A stretch of DNA of 64,000 nt from Phallusia mammillata (lineage: Eukaryota). Shown piece after piece: positions 59,531 to 64,000 of the stretch. The notes below the pieces were generated by a model that was not told where the DNA came from, searched no databases, and saw only the letters and a program-made list of their open reading frames with translations. The stretch lies in NCBI GenBank assembly GCA_965637545.1, contig OZ281498.1, forward strand, positions 4,340,001-4,404,000. The letters are read 5' to 3'. How positions within the stretch are numbered: the first letter of the stretch is position 1; each line of letters starts with the position of its first letter. Made by a program: the position numbers and the translations under genes.

Positions 59531-62508
59531 CTACACTTGGTCGTCAAATTCTTCAAGGGCCTGAAGGTGAACCTCAACATCCCCGTTGTATTTTGAACTC
59601 TTCATGGCCCGTTGTTGGTGCGCAAGGCGCCTTAGTGATCCTGGTTTTACAATTGAGCCGGTGCTCTTCGGTTCTCCGTTGCTATGGCCATTGCTAGTTG
59701 GCTTAGCCTTTTCGCGGACCGGTTTGGCCTCTGCTTCTGTACGCGGAAAGTGGTTCTTTGCAACTGGGATGAGCATCATAATGATCGCACATACAAGAAA
59801 TAGCGAACCGCCCATATAAAAGGCACTGACATAAGAGTTGGTTGCATCGTAAATGCCTCCAGCCGCAACCGGGCCAACGACCATGCCTGAAAAGTTGCAA
59901 AATTTAATTGTGGTTTGTTGATAAAACTGCATACGTTAGCTTTGAACACAAATGCTGATGCGAAACTCACCTAAGGCCAACATGACGTTGATATATCCCC
60001 AGACATGTTTACCGCTGTCGTTGCCGAACAGATGCATCGTTGTGACAAACATAAGCGAGTTTAGGATACCGGCGTTGATACCAGCCGCTAAAAAGAAACA
60101 AACAGATGACTGACATTAAAGCGACGTTGCAATATGAAGCGCTAATGACTTCATTTGAGGAAGCAGTATTGATCATCTTGAATAAAAACAAAACTGCCAA
60201 AGGGATTAGTAATAAATGGATTAAATTGCAGACGTCATCATCAGCACCAAGTGTCGTGTAGGCTTAAGTCAAGATTTGTACAAGCAAGTAATAGCCATAT
60301 GCATAAAAAAGCTTTTTAAGTTGGTGTCTAGTAAGTAACATTAACTAATGAGTATCAAAAGTCGGCCTGTCAATGTTCGCTCTTAAAAAAAACACGTAAG
60401 TGTATATCCCAGTCATCTATAATGCAAATCAACATCCGCGATTTGTTTTTAACTTACCTATAGCGTAGACATACATGACGCCCAGCGACTTTCCTTGCGG
60501 AGCTAGCATGGTTGCAGCACCAACAAACGCAGCACTTCCAGCATACACATAAGCGAGGCTAAACTTAATCTTTCCGGCCACGGTGGCGCACAAGAGTCGA
60601 CCGCCAAATTCAGCAATACCATAAGCCGTCATGACCCAGGCTGTTGCAGAACGTTCGATACCAATGGACTCCATGTAGTCAATCTGCATTTATATACAAT
60701 TTATGAATGGAACAGAAATGGCCAACCATCATTCAAGAAATTGCTGTGTAGTTTGTAGGGATCAACTTTTAGGATTTGGCTAAAGCCGTTGTTTGCCTTC
60801 AAAATTTATTGAAATGTGTTTTGCCTTCAAAATTTATTGGCTTATTAATATACGTTTACTTTAATTGTTTCAATGTGTGTTGATGTGAAATCGTAATGGG
60901 CAAATGGAAATGGTATCTAAAACACTAGTCATGGTAAGCGAGAAAGAGTTTAGTGCGACGACGATTTGCCGAAAATTTTTTTGTTTCTCCCGATCATGTC
61001 GCACATATCAACACTTTTTTTCATTTGACAGTTTAATTTGATTTAGTGGTGCTTTTATCAAGTAATCGGGACCCGGAGGGGCAATGCCTTTTTAAATCAT
61101 ATTTCACTTCGCACGGTTAAACCCACGTAGGCAAACAAGGTAAACGCGTGGAGTTGTTTTGCTCTACATATTGCTCCATCTTATAGTTTCTTACCAGGAA
61201 AATAAAGGGAAATAGGAAAGAGACACTCCAAAACAAAGTCCCCAACATCCAGAGTATAAAAGTAGGATTTGCACAGATGGAGCAATCCCAAACTCCCTTG
61301 TTAAGAACGTTCTTTTTGATTTCCTGGGCTGCCAAACTTATCTTGCTCCCTGTGTAATTATTGTGCATGGCATCTGCCACCTCCAAATTGACTGCAAAGA
61401 AAAAAAAATGCAACAAAAGCAAAATATTTGGTTTTGAATAGACCAACGAGTATGTTAGTCAAACACATAAATAAATACATTGGCAAGTTATAGATTTAAA
61501 GCTCGTCTTAATGTCGAAGCACCAGAAATCCTACCCCGGGGATTTGATCCAATCTTGTCTATCAAGTTTTCCGATGGTTCAGTAGGATCGCTGCCCTTTT
61601 TCTTTCGTTTCATCGTCTTTGCCTTCTGTTCTTCAGTCTTCACCGGCTTGAAGCACGCGACACATGCGAGACCAATGACAAACACAAGTCCGGACATGAC
61701 TCGCATGGTATTTCGCCATCCGACCGTTTGCACAAGGACGTTGGCCAGCGGATTTACGAGCAGAGTTCCTGCAAAGAATACAGAATAAATTTTGTGTGCA
61801 TGGAGGAACATGCAAAACGCTACACAGTGGATATTTTTATGCACAAACAGTTTTGTTTAGTGTTAAAACCATACGAAGTGTTCGAAACTTTTAACTATAT
61901 GTTTTGCCTGCGCCGCGAAAATAAATTACTGCACAATTAATGGCCTACACAAAGTGAAGTGCTTGTTCCGAATTACGTGTAGTTAAAGGAGAAATCCGAT
62001 CTAATTTAACATCAATCAAACTGTAGTGCAATGGCAGGAACTGTACGAATGTCTGTCAGTAAAGTAGTGTGGGGAAGAAAATGTGCTGTTAGCGATGCAT
62101 GCGGTCGGCTACAGGAAATGTCGCTTACCGAATGATACCCCGGCCGATGCCAAACAGGTGGCAAGAGCCTGGTGCTTGTTGGGGAAGTATTGACCGGTCA
62201 GATTCATCGCCGTATTGTAGATGAAGTTGGCAAACACGCCAAGCATCGCACTGCAATAGCAAAACACCGTAAACTTAAACGATTGGTGCAATTGGCGGAT
62301 AACAAGTTGGCGTGTTATTGTTTGCTGGCTTACCTGTAAGTCAGAAACATGAGATAAAGGATTGGGATAAAAGATGTGATGACCAAACTTATTGTTGCGC
62401 CCAGGACGCCAACAAAACCGACTTTTCTTGCGCCATACACAGTGAACAAAGGTGTGCTGAATGGGCATGTTCCGACAGTGAATCCAAAAGCCAGCGACCC
62501 AATCCAAC
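59531..62508 (-). CDS. SLC16/monocarboxylate transporter (MFS) family, partial; N-terminal exon(s) not resolved in window
   Basis: Spliced exons read WIGSLAFGFTVGTCPFSTPLFTVYGARKVGFVG, NTAMNLTGQYFPNKHQALATCLASAGVSFG|TLLVNPLANVLVQTVGWRNTMRVMSG, FILWMLGTLFWSVSFLFPFIFL, AWVMTAYGIAEFGGRLL and GMVVGPVAAGGIYDATNSYVSAFYMGGSLF. Stop at 59531-59533. Confidence 0.85.
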
Positions 62509-63373
62509 CTGTTACATAAGCGCGTCATGGTTAGGTTGGGAAGAAAACAACACAATAATGAAATGGTTCCAAGAAGGAGGTCGGTGCGACTAGCTACCAA
62601 CGCCACCGGCACACCGATTTTTGACTTGCGCTGTTCCCTAAGGGCTTTAAGCGCACAAGTGTTCCTATGGAGTATCTCCAAACTAGACTGTCAATGACAG
62701 TCTATATGCCCGGTACTGTAATACAATGGAGTGAGCCCTATGTTACGAAAGCGTGAGCGGTGTTCAACTGTTCACGCACTAACGGGCTGCTCGGCTCGTG
62801 ATCGATTTCCAGCAGCCTCGTGCTCGCTTCGCATCAAAACAAAGACATCGGCTCTACAGGGAGAAAAGTAGGATGTTGTTGTCGAGTGTGAAAAGTCTTG
62901 AACAATTGAGGACGCCCGTTTTGCAACCGATACGTACACAACACACGATATTACCGCATGTTGAAACAGAGACTAGCGCGTCCGCGTAGAAACAATAACA
63001 AGAACATAAACTTGTATTTGATTGTTACAGCATTCGTCATAGTGGAACACAAGAGTCTTTGATTACGTGGGGCGGTTTAAATGTGTAGGGAAAACAAAAT
63101 CATTAACGCACAAGTCTGAAACGTATAACAGCTGCGGCTTATCGTGACGCATGTTGTTGCTCGATTTAAAGTCTGTCAGCACACCGTAAACAAGGTAAAT
63201 GCAGATATATGATAACATCTATAGTCCTTTTGCGTGTGGGAAAGGCTAGCTACCCGCAGTAAACAAGTGGTTAATGCTCTTGGGCCCTTAGCGGCGAACC
63301 AGACCGCTGAGCCTACGCAACTAGATCGGAAGGTATTAACCGGCACATGTAAGCTTAAAATAAGGGTTTAGGC

Positions 63374-63864
63374 CAGTGGTTCTCAACCTTTTTTCTTTCA
63401 TGGCCCATTTTCATCAAACAAAAATTCTGTGGCCCAGTAAATTTATAAAAAAAACACAACTGTAAAATAGGTTCAGAACAAAAAAAATGCAGATCATATT
63501 TTAAACAGATGTTAAGTTTAAAATAACTGAAAGCAAAAAAATCATAAAACAGCACTTTCCCTTCTTTTAATCAAGCACTTTTAGTTATGACCAGAGTAAT
63601 TGGACAATGGATATGCTGCTACTATCTGGCTTTATTGTAATCACAAATTAGTTTATTACATCATAAACATAAGGTGTTGCAGAAACGCAAAGTAACTTTA
63701 TGCCGTAAATAGATTAATTCAAATAAATTTACATTCCTTTTCAATTCCTCCCCAAGCCATTAATCTTGTAAAATTGAGTGTAGTGACACAAATGAAAGCT
63801 TTTCTTTTGATTGGACTGTGGCCCAATGAAAATGCTTCCATGGCCCACTGGTTGAGAACCGCTG
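63374..63864. mobile_element. hAT (Charlie/MER20-like) MITE
   Basis: TIRs CAGTGGTTCTCAACC / GGTTGAGAACCGCTG. Perfect 8-bp TSD GTTTAGGC at 63366-63373 and 63865-63872. Confidence 0.93.
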
Positions 63865-64000
63865 GTTTAGGCCAAAGGGACAACTCCCTTGGAGGTACTG
63901 TGTCGGTTCAATTTCTTTGCGGTAAAATTATGTTTCTGTATCATAAAGTTACCATGCGAATGCCCCGTAAAACGCATTTGATTACTCGTAAATCGTTGTT

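Noticed and set aside
59531-62508. Possible functional link between the SLC16 transporter (aromatic amino acid/DOPA transport) or MCCC1 and the oxidase cluster
   Set aside because: The genes are separated by more than 20 kb of unrelated DNA, the SLC16 subfamily is unresolved, and adjacency alone is not evidence in an animal genome.
62109-62681. 190-aa minus-strand ORF in the ORF track
   Set aside because: It crosses SLC16 exons and introns; the transporter frame differs for the WIGSLAFG exon and needs splicing.

Overview
AT-rich, intron-dense animal genomic DNA. It is most likely an ascidian/tunicate; this is inferred from the chordate-type gene set (SORBS, SKAP, USP44/49), the short introns and the mosaic CpG pattern. 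Host genes are: the 3' part of a SORBS/CAP-family triple-SH3 adaptor (+), a SKAP1/2 orthologue (+), a cluster of four intact 13-exon secreted multicopper oxidases (two +, two -), MCCC1 (+) and a partial SLC16/MCT transporter (-). The oxidases resemble the bacterial Thermus/CueO-type laccase family and carry conserved Cys-rich N- and C-terminal appendages. Mobile DNA includes a nested hAT-type composite element (37670-44035) carrying a captured, decayed USP44/49 gene fragment and a canonical type III hammerhead ribozyme. There is also a 91-bp TSD-flanked insertion containing a minimal Penelope-type hammerhead, a ~3.9-kb foldback element with 1.3-kb arms and a 7-bp TSD, a near-intact CR1/L2-group LINE, a Helentron/HINE-like element and several hAT MITEs. 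Exon boundaries were traced by hand. Homology calls come from recalled family motifs, not from database searches.
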